A stretch of DNA of 63,909 nt, filler included, from Octopus bimaculoides (Eukaryota), in the NCBI RefSeq assembly GCF_001194135.2. It is 6 parts of 5 records of this genome, joined end to end, with 100 filler letters (N's around TTAATTAATTAA, not from the genome) between each part and the next. Parts side by side here need not be neighbours in the genome. Positions count along the whole stretch, not along the records: positions 1 to 21,113 come from NC_068991.1; 5 more parts are not named here. The stretch is one strand, 5' to 3'. Below the pieces are notes generated by a model. That model saw only the letters and a list, made by a program, of their open reading frames with translations. It searched no databases and was not told where the DNA came from. Positions 1 to 14,463 of the stretch are shown here, piece by piece (position 1 is the first letter of the stretch; every line of letters starts with the position of its first letter). The translations under genes were made by a program, and so were the position numbers.

Positions 1-183
1 TATACAAATAATAACAACAGACGAGGACAGGTGGTGTAAATAACAAAAGTATATATTAGTATGACGCTCGGGAATACGGAAAGTCTTTGACGTTTCGAGC
101 TACGCTCTTCAACAGAAAGAATACGGAGACAAGGAGAAAAACACGGAGAAAAAAAATTGAATAGTGTTCAGTCAACGGTCAAT
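1..183 (-). mobile_element. Penelope-like pseudo-LTR (pLTR) fragment carrying a minimal hammerhead
   Basis: Near-identical to 45331-45520. Contains the GAAACGTC motif and HHR fold on the minus strand. Ends at an (AT)n tract. Confidence 0.7.
84..120 (-). ncRNA. Minimal type I hammerhead ribozyme motif, non-canonical core
   Basis: Minus strand reads TCTTT CTGTTGA A GAGC GTA GCTC GAAA CGTC AAAGA: stem I TCTTT/AAAGA, stem II GAGC/GCTC, palindromic ACGT stem III, GUC cleavage triplet. Confidence 0.7.
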
Positions 184-1085
184 ATATATATATATATGCA
201 TGTACGTATATTTATACACACACACACACACACATATATATGTGTTTGGAACGTTTGGTTAGGTACAGTGTAGATCAATTATATTTTTGCCGTCATTTAG
301 AGCCCGGCTATATTTGATTAACCAGGCTTATGTTCAGAAATTTGACTTTTAAAAGCATCCTGGTCCTCTTCATAAAAGCACAATTATGTTAAAAACAGCC
401 ATTTGTGTACCACACATCACAAGAAGCTAAACTGCAGTGGTGGGATTGAATCACATGTGATTCACTTGTCCATATTGCTATAACACTTCTATTGTACATA
501 GCGATGTGGTGTCATTTTCGTAAGATTTGGCAGCTATTTCTCTCATATACAGCGTCCATGTCACGGTTCTCTTCTTGGCTGACATCATATTTCTGGTGTT
601 CCTGTAGACTGTTAAAGCCTTCCGCTGACATATATGTACTGAATGGCTTTGGAATGTTGATCTTGTTACAGGTTCTTTTTAAATTTAAGGTCATGTTTTT
701 TGGTAGATATACACTATTCCTACATCATATATATTCACACACGTGTGTGTGTGTCTTTGTGTGTGTGTATGTGTGTGTATGCAAGGATGTATGTATATAC
801 ATTGTTTTTCTTGATTCGCCATTGTGACTGACAGCATATTGCTTTGTCTATTTTTTCTAGTTCTCTTTTAGATTATATACTTTTTGTCTCTGCGTTTAAC
901 TTATTTTAATCTTCTATAAAATCTTTTACGGTTTCTCTCAAACAGTTTATTATTATATAAAAGACGTTCACAGTTTTCAAAGAGCTTAATACACTGTCAT
1001 TATTAATATTTCTAGTCTTAATCCCTCTAATAATAACTTTGTTTTCCAACCTTATTCTTGTTATATCTCACATAAAACTCGTACG

Positions 1086-1121
<36 letters not shown>

Positions 1122-2279
1122 TACACAAACACACGAACAAATACACACACACACACACACAAATACACAAACACACAAACAAATATACACACACACACAT
1201 ATATATATATATATACATATATGTATATATGTATATAGACATATTGTACATATGTTCGCACACACACACATACACATATATGCATATANNNNNNNNNNNN
1301 NNNNNNNNNNNNNNNNNNNNNNNNNNNNNNNNNNNNNNNNNNNNNNNNNNNNNNNNNNNNNNNNNNNNNNNNNNNNNNNNNNNNNNNNNNNNNNNNNNNN
1401 NNNNNNNNNNNNNNNNNNNNNNNNNNNNNNNNNNNNNNNNNNNNNNNNNNNNNNNNNNNNNNNNNNNNNNNNNNNNNNNNNNNNNNNNNNNNNNNNNNNN
1501 NNNNNNNNNNNNNNNNNNNNNNNNNNNNNNNNNNNNNNNNNNNNNNNNNNNNNNNNNNNNNNNNNNNNNNNNNNNNNNNNNNNNNNNNNNNNNNNNNNNN
1601 NNNNNNNNNNNNNNNNNNNNNNNNNNNNNNNATATATACATATATATATATAGACGTATACACACGTATGTTTCCTATTCTTATTCGATTTTCAATTTTA
1701 TCTATTTTATTTAGTTTTGATTTGTTCTTTTTCCTTTCTATACGGCTTCATTGACATCAGTTTTATTTTCCGATTTTTCTTTGTTATTGGTGAGTTTATT
1801 TATTCTTTATTATTGTTGTCACTGAGTCAGAGAGCTCCGCATGCTGTCAAAGTGACGGAAGGTACAGATATACGAAGTCCCATATATCCCCTCACGACAA
1901 CATGTGTGATGAGGGTACACAAGGCGAAATGGTGAAGTGGCCTCAAGTCAAAATAAACGGCGTGTGTTTATTATGATTTCAAGGCAGATAGCCTATCCCG
2001 CTATGCCGCTCAAAATGTCCTTGGATAAACGTTTTGAAGAATGATGAAGGAAACTACCGTGTTTCCAGGGGTGAATTGTTCAAATGCCAAAACATTCATC
2101 TCACCATATGGCTATGATGTTCCCCATTACTTCTGTTTGTAAACAGAGATGAACGTAACGCTGGACACTGATGGACATTGGTCAAGTTTAGACCAAACCA
2201 CTAACAAAAGTATCCTTCGCCACATCACGGTTCAACTAACGCGATTTATCATTTAAGCTTCTTCTCCTTCTTATTCTCC

Positions 2280-2439
2280 ACCTCATCCCCATCCTCCACC
2301 ACTACCTCCATCAGCTCCTCTTCCTTTTCTTCTTCATGACTGCCATCATCCTCCTCCTCATCATCATCATCATCATCATCATCGTTGTAATCATCATCAT
2401 CAACAACATCGTCGTCGTCACTATCGTCGCCATCATCAC

Positions 2440-2470
<31 letters not shown>

Positions 2471-2560
2471 GACGTCGTCATCATCATCATCATCATCATC
2501 GTAATCACCATCATCGTCATCATCATCATAGTCATCATCATCATCGTCATCATCATCATC
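2280..2560. repeat. (CAT)n/(CGT) imperfect trinucleotide microsatellite
   Basis: Direct reading. Explains the poly-M and poly-I ORFs at 2311-2593. Confidence 0.95.
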
Positions 2561-3785
2561 AGTACTAATCTAATCAATACGATCAAACATTAACACTATT
2601 TTTATTGGGTACGTTTTTTTTTGTTCTTTCTGTTGGCGTTTTTGTCTCTTTCTCAGCTGCATTTCCATTTGTTAAAATTTTTTTTTTTTAATTTTTTTTA
2701 TATTTCTCCTTTCCTTGTTTTGGCCGTCTTTTGCAATGATGATAGCACCGTATCCTCTAGTAGTGTTCTTTAACAGAAAACAACCAAACAGAATATTCTT
2801 CGTCGTCTGCTGAAGCAAGCATTCCTCTTCTCCATCTTTCAATCGAACAAAACTCAACGAGATGATGATAACTACAAATAAGATTATTAGTATGGTCAAA
2901 TTTAAATAGTTTTATTGTCTTCGGTTTTTTTTTTGTTCTTTCTAATTTTTAAACATTTTTTTTTTCATATAATTTTCACTCTTTAATTCTTNNNNNNNNN
3001 NNNNNNNNNNNNNNNNNNNNNNNNNNNNNNNNNNNNNNNNNNNNNNNNNNNNNNNNNNNNNNNNNNNNNNNNNNNNNNNNNNNNNNNNNNNNNNNNNNNN
3101 NNNNNNNNNNNNNNNNNNNNNNNNNNNNNNNNNNNNNNNNNNNNNNNNNNNNNNNNNNNNNNNNNNNNNNNNNNNNNNNNNNNNNNNNNNNNNNNNNNNN
3201 NNNNNNNNNNNNNNNNNNNNNNNNNNNNNNNNNNNNNNNNNNNNNNNNNNNNNNNNNNNNNNNNNNNNNNNNNNNNNNNNNNNNNNNNNNNNNNNNNNNN
3301 NNNNNNNNNNNNNNNNNNNNNNNNNNNNNNNNNNNNNNNNNNNNNNNNNNNNNNNNNNNNNNNNNNNNNNNNNNNNNNNNNNNNNNNNNNNNNNNNNNNN
3401 NNNNNNNNNNNNNNNNNNNNNNNNNNNNNNNNNNNNNNNNNNNNNNNNNNNNNNNNNNNNNNNNNNNNNNNNNNNNNNNNNNNNNNNNNNNNNNNNNNNN
3501 NNNNNNNNNNNNNNNNNNNNNNNNNNNNNNNNNNNNNNNNNNNNNNNNNNNNNNNNNNNNNNNNNNNNNNNNNNNNNNNNNNNNNNNNNNNNNNNNNNNN
3601 NNNNNNNNNNNNNNNNNNNNNNNNNNNNNNNNNNNNNNNNNNNNNNNNNNNNNNNNNNNNNNNNNNNNNNNNNNNNNNNNNNNNNNNNNNNNNNNNNNNN
3701 NNNNNNNNNNNNNNNNNNNNNNNNNNNNNNNNNNNNNNNNNNNNNNNNNNNNNNNNNNNNNNNNNNNNNNNNNNNNNNNNNNNNN

Positions 3786-3820
<35 letters not shown>

Positions 3821-5262
3821 ATAAATAGTGAGTGAGAGTCAGAGACGAAGAGAGGCGAGAGGGAGGGAGAAAGAGTGACGTACAGTGTAAGTTATATATA
3901 TTGGTGGAAGAATGAGGAAAGTGACATTGAGATTTTGGACAGAAAATCTAAAATCGTATATTCTTCTACAGACAGCGAGATAATAAAAGCAACTAATTCA
4001 TATATAGTTACGTAGAGGGATACGTCTGTATGTCTTGTATATATACATTTCTTCATTAACTTATGATTTCCTTAGAGATATCTGATGTAAATCCTCGCGT
4101 GATTTCGACTCCTATCTTTGTGTTCTATTTTCAAGGCTCATCTGATTTCCATGTCGTGTGGCATCGTTCTGACTGTGCGAATTGATTAAATAAAATAATT
4201 TCAATTAAAAATATTTTGTGGCATTTTGGCCATGTATCATAAATATGAATTTAATATATTATGGCAAGAATTATTACAACTTCCTTCTAAAGGTGTTGCG
4301 CTCTTACATTGAAAATCTGTCTACAAGTCACTCTTTCATATCTCTGTAATTCATTAGTTACACCTGAACATATATTACTCTCAATTACACTCCGACATAT
4401 TGATGGTAGTTTGCCAAAGTACGGAATCTTTATTAACCAAAAAAAATTGGCGAAATTACAAAACTATGAGACACTAAGATTGTTTTTGTAATTATGTAGA
4501 TACGATTCTATTCATATGCTATCACCGTGTGTAATTTTACTTTTGACCTCTGTAAAATCGAGAAATATACGGTTGATTAAATTCAACATCGTAATCTGAA
4601 CGACGCAACTAATTTTGTGAGCAATATATTGCTGTTTAAGCAACACATTGCTTATATTGTTGTTTAAGCTCGGCGTTGACTGATTTTGAACTGCACTCCA
4701 TATCTATGCAACTAATTGTGTGGGATTTTGGTGACCACTTTTTAAGTCTTTAGGACCTTCGATTAAAAGAGATTTCTAAAAGATAGATCTACACAGATAT
4801 TCCTTCAATGGCTTATTTACAAGCAAAGCTATGTTGCGATACTTCATTTAATATAAACATGTATTTTGTGGAATACATTGAGTATTTACCTGAATGAAGA
4901 AGTGGGGCATTCAGATCCGAATGTAATTTATCTGACAATGACCTTTCAGTGGGTGTTCGGAAAAATTCCTCTTTAGAATAGCTGTTGTTGAAGACTTTGT
5001 ATAGACAGGTATTGGTACCAGATCAGATAAAATCTGGTCGTCAGCTAAACAAGATGTGATTGTAGATCAGACCTCATTACATATTGTTATATCAAAAGTC
5101 TGGTACGCAAATCATTTGATGTGAAATATTAAAGTTCCAATGTTCTCATACATTTATAAGTCCTTAAATTGTATTTGTGTAATGATTCCTAACGTACGAT
5201 GTCATTTCCAAGATCATTTCAAAGCTAATTTTGAAACGACAACCAACTGTGATAACTGCCCG

Positions 5263-5264
<2 letters not shown>

Positions 5265-5324
<60 letters not shown>

Positions 5325-5339
5325 TACAGACATACAGAC

Positions 5340-5392
<53 letters not shown>
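5265..5392. repeat. Compound (GATA)n(GACA)n(GATA)n microsatellite
   Basis: Direct reading. Confidence 0.95.
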
Positions 5393-5822
5393 TATAAGAG
5401 ACCTACATATATATATATATGTATATTTAGCATTAGAGGAGCAAATAAATGAAAAATGTAGAATGAGAATGATTTAACGTTCGGAGAGGTATCTAGAGAC
5501 TCGAAGAACATAAACTGCTGTTCCTTTAAAACACAGAAGCTCCCTGATCTCGAAAATCTATACACATGGCCACGGAACGATTTCAGTGATTTCTACACCT
5601 GAACATGTTTGATTTATTGAGCCGGTGCGCTTAATAAACAATAAGACAATCATGTAAATCAAATTCATTGTCTGCAGTGATAGATGTGTAAGTATTGCTT
5701 GAGCTATTTTTATTATTCTTATTTCTATCCCGTGTTTGGCTGTCTGCACGTCTCGCTCTTTCTGTGTTTCCCTCTAACTCATGCTATCTCTATTTCATTG
5801 TATAAATATATATATGTGTGTA

Positions 5823-5881
<59 letters not shown>

Positions 5882-5981
5882 GTGCATGTATATGTGCGAA
5901 TACACACACACATATACATACATATATATATATATACACATACAATTATTATTTATATGCATGGAATAATAAGATATATGC

Positions 5982-6066
<85 letters not shown>

Positions 6067-6715
6067 TGTGTGTGTGTATATACCTGTATGTGTGTGTGTG
6101 TATGTATATAAATACAAATAAAGGAGGTGTGGAAATGAGAGTGTGAAGGAGATATATAGGGAGAAATAAATGTCTCTGGGTGCAGCAATGTTTAGACGTA
6201 TGGATCTATACCTGTATATATCCTTAGCTTGTATCGTTAATCCTAAATTTGTATCGTGTTAGACGCAGCCGATCGATAAACACGCAGAGTCATCTTTATT
6301 CAGAAAGGTTTGCTCACATTTTAATATGTAGACATGCGTACTGGCTTACACACATACATGAAGACATGTATATATGAATACCCACACACACACACACACA
6401 TACACACCCACACACCCCCCACACACACACACACACACACACACACATAAATATATATATATATATATATATAATAACATAGATAGCTGAGGAGTACGTT
6501 TTCATTGTATTTTCTGTAGTGTTCTCACTACATGAATAANNNNNNNNNNNNNNNNNNNNNNNNNNNNNNNNNNNNNNNNNNNNNNNNNNNNNNNNNNNNN
6601 NNNNNNNNNNNNNNNNNNNNNNNNNNNNNNNNNNNNNNNNNNNNNNNNNNNNNNNNNNNNNNNNNNNNNNNNNNNNNNNNATATATATATATACATATAC
6701 ATACATACATACATA

Positions 6716-6780
<65 letters not shown>

Positions 6781-6899
6781 GTATATGCATATATTAGTGT
6801 CTGCGTGTGCATCTCTGCTTTCTTCTTCCCAGATATAACAATGTGTGTCTGTGTGTATGTGTATATGTGCCTATGTTTATATGAAATTTTATGTATTCG

Positions 6900-7290
6900 T
6901 TTGTGATTTTGTCCAATAATATTTAGGTTAACTTTCGTAGTAGTAAACGGCAGTCTATATATCACATCTTTCAGAAACTCCATCAGGTTTCTCCTGATTT
7001 ATTATTCCTGTGTTAGCAAATCAACACACCTTCTACCTGTTTGTGTGAAATTTATCTTAATAGCTTAATGTGTTTTTCTACCAGTTATGATTTCGCTTAG
7101 CAAAGGATCTACTACCAGTAATTTGGCAATTCTCACTTGTATACTGTTATTTATGTTGTGTATTTCTCTGTAGATTTCTTATAGTGCAAACTTTTCACAT
7201 GTGTAACATTTTGAGACATAGACGTGTGTCATAGAATTTTCGGACAGGGATTTCAAACTCGTCTAGCATTTAAGTGTGTTAGCATTCTTA
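6900..7290 (-). mobile_element. Possible decayed RNase H-like segment of an I/Jockey-group LINE
   Basis: Manual translation with stops gives ...KINFTQTGRRCVDLLTQE, weakly like the RNase H motif F.W..SH.GI.GNE.VD.LA. Confidence 0.25.
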
Positions 7291-8711
7291 TGGTGACTGT
7301 TCAACTATGTACAGAAACTTCCACTGTGCTGAGCTTGGTAACTTCAAAAAATAACTAAGTGCATTACTTTCCCAATTTATTCTTTTAGTAAGGGTACATG
7401 GACATAAAATTCTTTCCTGTTTAACTAATCGTTGAAATAGATATTTATATTGACAGAACACGCTAATGAAATGCAAGTACGAAAAAACGTTTTCGGGGTC
7501 ATATTTACATTTACATTAGCATTACAATAAGCTTTATAAGAAAATAGTATTTACGATACAATTATACAATTTTCCAATGTAACATGCATATTTGCATATA
7601 TTTATATTTGAATTTCTTCTTTCATCTCCCAATGATCTTTCGGTTCTCTTAAATTAATTTGTATAACCAGCAGCCCTAAAAGAGAAATAAGGCGATGAAT
7701 TACCTGAGTACGCTGTGCCTTGTATGTAAGCTTCCTCCATATTCGGAGCCAATTACAGAGAGGGTTGCTATTTTTTCTTTAATCTACTGAATGACCAGCT
7801 TACATAGACGATGCTTGTTATATTGCCGTTTAAATTTGAAATTTGTCGTGATTTCTGAACGACCCAAATACAAATTGATATCCTTGGCTCCCCGAAGAAG
7901 TCAAGACCAGACAAAAATCACACCGATGTCAGCAATCTTCCCGCTTAAACATGACGTTAGATTTCATGTTTGAATTCATTCGTACTAGGTTATCTGTCTC
8001 ACGATTATTGTCATAAAAGAAAACCAGAACGGATATTGGTCGCCGGTTTCCATATAGAATAAGTAGTTCAATTAGCGATAAACATTTCCATATAATTCTA
8101 ACTTTCGAACGTTACCGAATATTACTATTTTGTGACAATCTAGAGATGTGCGTATAACATTTGAATAAATTCAAAGCATGCCAAAAAACGGTTGAGTGAA
8201 AAGTTGTTCTTCTATGGAAGGCTCTGACAACAATGCAATAGTGTGTTATAAATACCGTGCGTACTGTTGCTATTAGACTTATCGAAAATAATGGTTTGAG
8301 GTGTCTGTTACTTTATCAGTAGTGACACATCGAAAGAGGCAGAATCGAACGCAACAGCAATCATATTATCTGTCAAAACCTTGCAACAGCAAACTTCACT
8401 CTTACGATTTCACTGTTCTCTGGCTCACGGCTTCCTTCTCTACTTTCTCATCACAGTGCCATAGAATACAGTCTCGTTTAGAGATATGCTGATGTTCATT
8501 ATCCCTTCGCTTTGTTATAATGGAACTCCAATAACGTGGCTTCTGTTTACTCGCATTAACTTACTTTTCATCCAGTTCTCCTGCAAGTTTAATTTCTTTG
8601 GCGGTCCCCAAGCCGTCTATAATTTTTAGTTATTGTGAAGACTTCAATCTATTCAAGAAAGTTAGTGGAGGATGAAATAATTGCATATACACACGAGTAT
8701 ACGTTTCTACG

Positions 8712-8753
<42 letters not shown>

Positions 8754-9515
8754 AAAGATAAACAAGTGTGAAAAAACTACAGAAGGCTTGTGTTATATGG
8801 TTAAAGTAATATTTAAATCGTTATGTTAGAAAAATGTTATAACATTTTGAGTATATATATGAATATGTATGTATAGGGACACATATATGCAAATATAACA
8901 GAGGTTAATTTACCATCAAATTTTAGTGGAATACAATTGGTTAAACCCTACTCCGTTTCAGCGCACTCTAGCAATGAAATAGACGCTATGGAAAAGTACT
9001 TGAATTGAGACACAACAGAATTGAAAGAAATCTACAACTTTCCCTCAACTTATGCGCCTTAAAATTGCGTTAGGTTGTCCTGTATGAACTTGCACTTTTG
9101 GGGCGCTTTTGCATTTCCGACTGTTTGATCGTGACTGATATAAAAGTTAGCTTCAGTAATGCCATGTTTCCAGTAATGAAAAGCGAGATGAAAGTGAATG
9201 TTCTGTTTATATTTCCGCGTGTATATGTGTGTAGAATTTAGTGTAAAAATAATTAGTTCCGTACACACATCTCTAACATCCGCTCAGAACTGTGCATTGT
9301 TTGTATTAGTTTCTATACTTCCATATTCATTGACTTTTTTTCTGTTTTCGTGTTTGTCCACTCTTCATATGAAATATATCATATGCAGTTGGTAGTGAGT
9401 CACTTTAAATAAATAGGCTTCATACAAACTTCCTCGATATCCCACATGAAACATGTTATATCATACACACGCACACACACACACATACATACACACACAT
9501 ATATATATATATATA

Positions 9516-9634
9516 CGACGGGCTTCTTTCAGTTTCCGTCTGCAAAATCCACTCAAGGCTTTAGTAGAAGACACTTGCCCAAGGTGCTACGCAGTGGGAC
9601 TGAACCCGGAACCATGTGGTTGGGAAGCAAGCTT
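9516..9634 (-). mobile_element. tRNA-derived cephalopod SINE, truncated by gap
   Basis: B-box-like GGTTCAGTCCC and body matching copies at 19586, 58990 and 60395. Confidence 0.8.
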
Positions 9635-9792
9635 NNNNNNNNNNNNNNNNNNNNNNNNNNNNNNNNNNNNNNNNNNNNNNNNNNNNNNNNNNNNNNNNNN
9701 NNNNNNNNNNNNNNNNNNNNNNNNNNNNNNNNNNNNNNNNNNNNNNNNNNNNNNNNNNNNNNNNNNNNNNNNNNNNNNNNNNNNNNNNNNNN

Positions 9793-9838
<46 letters not shown>

Positions 9839-10189
9839 TATATATATATCTATATTTATGTATAACATATATGTATACGTGTGTGTGTATATATATATAT
9901 GTGTATGTGTGCGTATGCAAGTATATATATGTATGCATATAAGTATTAGATATTTCATATTAGAAATATGAATAAGCTCTACTCTCTGCGCACAATAAAC
10001 TCTGACATATGAATATTCTAGACATATGTGTATCTTTTTCTATCTTTATGATTCATAAAAATATTTACAATGGTTAGCTAGTTGAAACGTGCTTCGCCTG
10101 TGATCCCTAGAAATGAAATCTCGTGACACTTTTTTATCTATGTTGCTTATGCTTATATTATGTTGTTACAATAACTCAAATTTTGCTTG

Positions 10190-10470
10190 TGACTGAGGAA
10201 GATATAGAGTGAGGGACGGGAGTAAGATACTTGGAGTTGTGTAAGGTATGCTGAGAGATAAAAAGTTGAGTATGAAGGCGAAAATAATTGTGTATGAGGG
10301 TGTGATTGTGCTGACAATGTTATATGGTGCAGAGACGTGGGGCTGAAATCGTCGGAAAGGAGGCGACTAGATGTGTTTCAGATGTGATGTATAAGTCTAT
10401 GGTTGGTGTGACACGGATGGACAGGATGAGTAATGAAGAGGTGCGAAGACGAGCAGGAATGCGAGAAACA
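10190..10470 (+). mobile_element. RTE-clade LINE fragment, C-terminal to the RT
   Basis: With frameshifts, translates to ...VYEGVIVLTMLYGAETWG / LKSSERRRLDVFQM / MVGVTRMDRMSNEEVRRRAGMRE, containing the typical LYGAETW motif. Confidence 0.85.
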
Positions 10471-11710
10471 TGAAAATGTCAATTAATAAAAGATATAAAC
10501 TTATTCAAGTTAAAATAAACATGAAACGATGTTTTATGTGGTATCATGTCATGGGTATATATAAATATATATATATATGCGCCAAAGTCACTGACTGCAT
10601 TTTGATTGTGGACTAGTGCTTAAATTATATATTCTGTAATCATATAAAAGCCGTGTTTTGCAACATCCTATACATAGGCATATGTGTGTGCTAGTGTGTT
10701 TGTATATGAATGAATATAATTGTGCGTGTATGTGTGCGTGCGCATGTGTACCTGTGTGTATTCTAGACAAAATACAATTGCTCTTTTTTATATTCATCAT
10801 CAACTTATAATGATCGAGTCTAAATATAGTCCCCAAACAGGAAACACTCTTCAAATGTTTTGAAAAAGCAAAATATCGATATTCAAAATTAAAATCTGCA
10901 GGAAATCATTAAAGTTCCTCCAGGGAGTATTGGAGGAACCATTTGCCAAACAAATGAATGTCTGAGGAGATTGAGAATATGTTATTACCTAAAATTTAGA
11001 ATAAGTGAATAGCAATAATTCATTGGAGACATGACCATGTCTAGCTCTGTGACCTCGGGTTAAGTTACAAGACCAAAAGACCATGCAGTTTTTCATTTCT
11101 CTATTTATAACGATTACCTGTGCTGTACTTCCTCATGCTTTCTATCATTCTTTATAATTATCCAATACAAAATTAGCTGCTTTACTTATTTACTAATATA
11201 TATATATATATATANNNNNNNNNNNNNNNNNNNNNNNNNNNNNNNNNNNNNNNNNNNNNNNNNNNNNNNNNNNNNNNNNNNNNNNNNNNNNNNNNNNNNN
11301 NNNNNNNNNNNNNNNNNNNNNNNNNNNNNNNNNNNNNNNNNNNNNNNNNNNNNNNNNNNNNNNNNNNNNNNNNNNNNNNNNNNNNNNNNNNNNNNNNNNN
11401 NNNNNNNNNNNNNNNNNNNNNNNNNNNNNNNNNNNNNNNNNNNNNNNNNNNNNNNNNNNNNNNNNNNNNNNNNNNNNNNNNNNNNNNNNNNNNNNNNNNN
11501 NNNNNNNNNNNNNNNNNNNNNNNNNNNNNNNNNNNNNNNNNNNNNNNNNNNNNNNNNNNNNNNNNNNNNNNNNNNNNNNNNNNNNNNNNNNNNNNNNNNN
11601 NNNNNNNNNNNNNNNNNNNNNNNNNNNNNNNNNNNNNNNNNNNNNNNNNNNNNNNNNNNNNNNNNNNNNNNNNNNNNNNNNNNNNNNNNNNNNNNNNNNN
11701 NNNNNNNNNN

Positions 11711-11760
<50 letters not shown>

Positions 11761-12205
11761 TGGACCCGGAACCATGTGGTGGGTAAGCAAGCTACTTGCC
11801 ATACATATACAATGCAATATACTATGTCTTCCGTATTTCTTTATTTTTGTAAGAAACATTTAAGATGAGAACCAACTCGCAACATCTTACTTTCCCTTAT
11901 GCATATAGTCCAGCTCCATCCACCGTACATCCAAAACACTGCTGCACAAACTGCAAAAACTATCAAAACGATCATCTCTACAATACCGTAGTTTAATTTG
12001 CCTTCAGCTCTTTTTAATCGTAAATTGGTGATTATATGCTTTGCCGCACACGGGATTACTCTTAACTATTACTGCCTAATACTCAAACAACACAATCACC
12101 AAGGACTAACAAGCAGATACTACAAACAACGCTTGCACCATTTTTCTCTAGCCGCCATTTTCTTCTTCATTGTAACTCTGTAACTTACCTCCCCAACAGC
12201 TCTGC

Positions 12206-12238
<33 letters not shown>

Positions 12239-12610
12239 NNNNNNNNNNNNNNNNNNNNNNNNNNNNNNNNNNNNNNNNNNNNNNNNNNNNNNNNNNNNNN
12301 NNNNNNNNNNNNNNNNNNNNNNNNNNNNNNNNNNNNNNNNNNNNNNNNNNNNNNNNNNNNNNNNNNNNNNNNNNNNNNNNNNNNNNNNNNNNNNNNNNNN
12401 NNNNNNNNNNNNNNNNNNNNNNNNNNNNNNNNNNNNNNNNNNNNNNNNNNNNNNNNNNNNNNNNNNNNNNNNNNNNNNNNNNNNNNNNNNNNNNNNNNNN
12501 NNNNNNNNNNNNNNNNNNNNNNNNNNNNNNNNNNNNNNNNNNNNNNNNNNNNNNNNNNNNNNNNNNNNNNNNNNNNNNNNNNNNNNNNNNNNNNNNNNNN
12601 NNNNNNNNNN

Positions 12611-12641
<31 letters not shown>

Positions 12642-13274
12642 GTATATATACATATACATATATATACATATACATATATATACATATGTATATATATATA
12701 TGTATACACACACACACATACAACCGCAACCATTCGTAACCAGCCTGTGTTATCAGAGACAACTATCAAAATCAAAATTTCAATAATCAATACCATTACT
12801 ATCAGTGCATGATTTCAGTCATTCACCTCTCCTCACCGATTTTTAGCTCCTGGGGTTGACCATATACTCGTGTGTGAAATTTACTGGATATAAAGTATAT
12901 ATCAGGGGGTTGTTTATACGTACATATGTATGTCATTTTTTGTATGTATGTCTGCGTATGTCTATGCCGCGTTATGTATAGAAACACACGCACGGGCACA
13001 CACCTACGCATGCGCGCAAGAATACACATACACGCGCGAGCAGACACATGCGACTGCAAACACACACACACACACGCACTCACACCCTCTCATACGAACA
13101 CGCATGAACGGCTATATATATTATATATTTAAATAATATTTATTGCTGTTTGCTTGTTACTAGAAATCAGAGTAGTATACAATATGTTTTTAATGTTGTT
13201 ATGCTGTTGTTATATCGATCGCGCCTTCAAACAGTCTATATATTTCTATATGTGAGTAACTATACATATGTATG

Positions 13275-13495
13275 TCCTTGTGTTTGTATTCGGCCCCGCC
13301 ACCAGTTGACACACGGTATAGCTCTCTTTCCGCACAGTTATCTTAACGGTTCATCATGAGTATCAATAGTAAAGTACGACACAGGAAAACAAATTATTTC
13401 TGAAATTGATTCGTTTGCCTAAAACCATTTAAGACGGTACTCCAACAAGGTCGCTTTCGAATGACCGAGACAAGTAAAACATAAATGATAAAAGA
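13275..13495 (+). mobile_element. Decayed SINE 3' portion
   Basis: Similar to the SINE tail at 61055-61270 (cagttgacac..., aaggtactcc..., gagacaagtaaa...taaaag). Confidence 0.6.
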
Positions 13496-14427
13496 TCACA
13501 TTTACATCATCCATAAGTATTCTTTAGTGATAGATTTCACAAATCGCTCGGCTTTAGTCTATTTTCTGGAATGCAGTGTGTCTATAGAGTAATGCACTGG
13601 GCTGAAAGCATTCGGGATAGATCTCTGGTTTCAAAACGTATGAGTCCCTTCAATTTCTGTGAGTTTGTAACAAAGCACAGACTCACTGCCTTTCCACGTG
13701 ACTGAAAATTGAACGATATATTCTACCATCAATCTCTACAGAAGCTTCGTCAGCAATAAGAACTACAGCGTTTCACGTACGACCAGAGTTAATAATATCA
13801 AAGCAAGCACCACTACAACGAACCATATAGCTTCTACCAATCAACATACATCGAAAATAATAACGAGAATATAATTTGTACTACCATAAACCACATCCGA
13901 TACAGCGAAACCTTAATCAAAAAGAAAACAGAAACGAAAGCGTTCCACTTGCATCAACATCCCAAATACAATAATAATGCTCTTTCCATCGCCAAGAGCA
14001 GTAGAAAATTCAACAACACAAACTAGAACCAACACGAGCACAATAACTACCAGCAGTACAACAGCCGATACTACAATCAGGAATTCCACTACAATAACAA
14101 CCACAGGCAATTGAGTTCCATTAATTCAACATCGAGAGGGGTTATTTAACCTATAAACTCGGCGACAACGACATTGAAATCAAATTGAATGCGTCTCAAT
14201 CCGCGGTCTGTTCGCTTCATTGAATACGATTTAAAATTGAACGAAGCAATAAAACGGAGGTGATGCCTTAGATTAAAGTGAATCCGAGAAATAATCACAG
14301 CGTTTTACCATTTCGATTCCAAGAAATACGTATATGGAGTTTCTATATGTATACATATGTCTGTGTGTGAGTGTGTGTGTTCGTGCGTGTGCATGTGTGT
14401 GTATATAAATATATATACATATGTATA

Positions 14428-14463
<36 letters not shown>

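Noticed and set aside
5016-5042. CTGACGA followed by a perfect CCAGAT/ATCTGG stem on the minus strand
   Set aside because: No GAAA after the stem.
12189-12201. 13-nt micro-exon candidate (CAG...GAG|GTAAGT) on the minus strand
   Set aside because: The upstream context is (TA)n and a gap. No branch point, polypyrimidine tract or partner exons can be supported.
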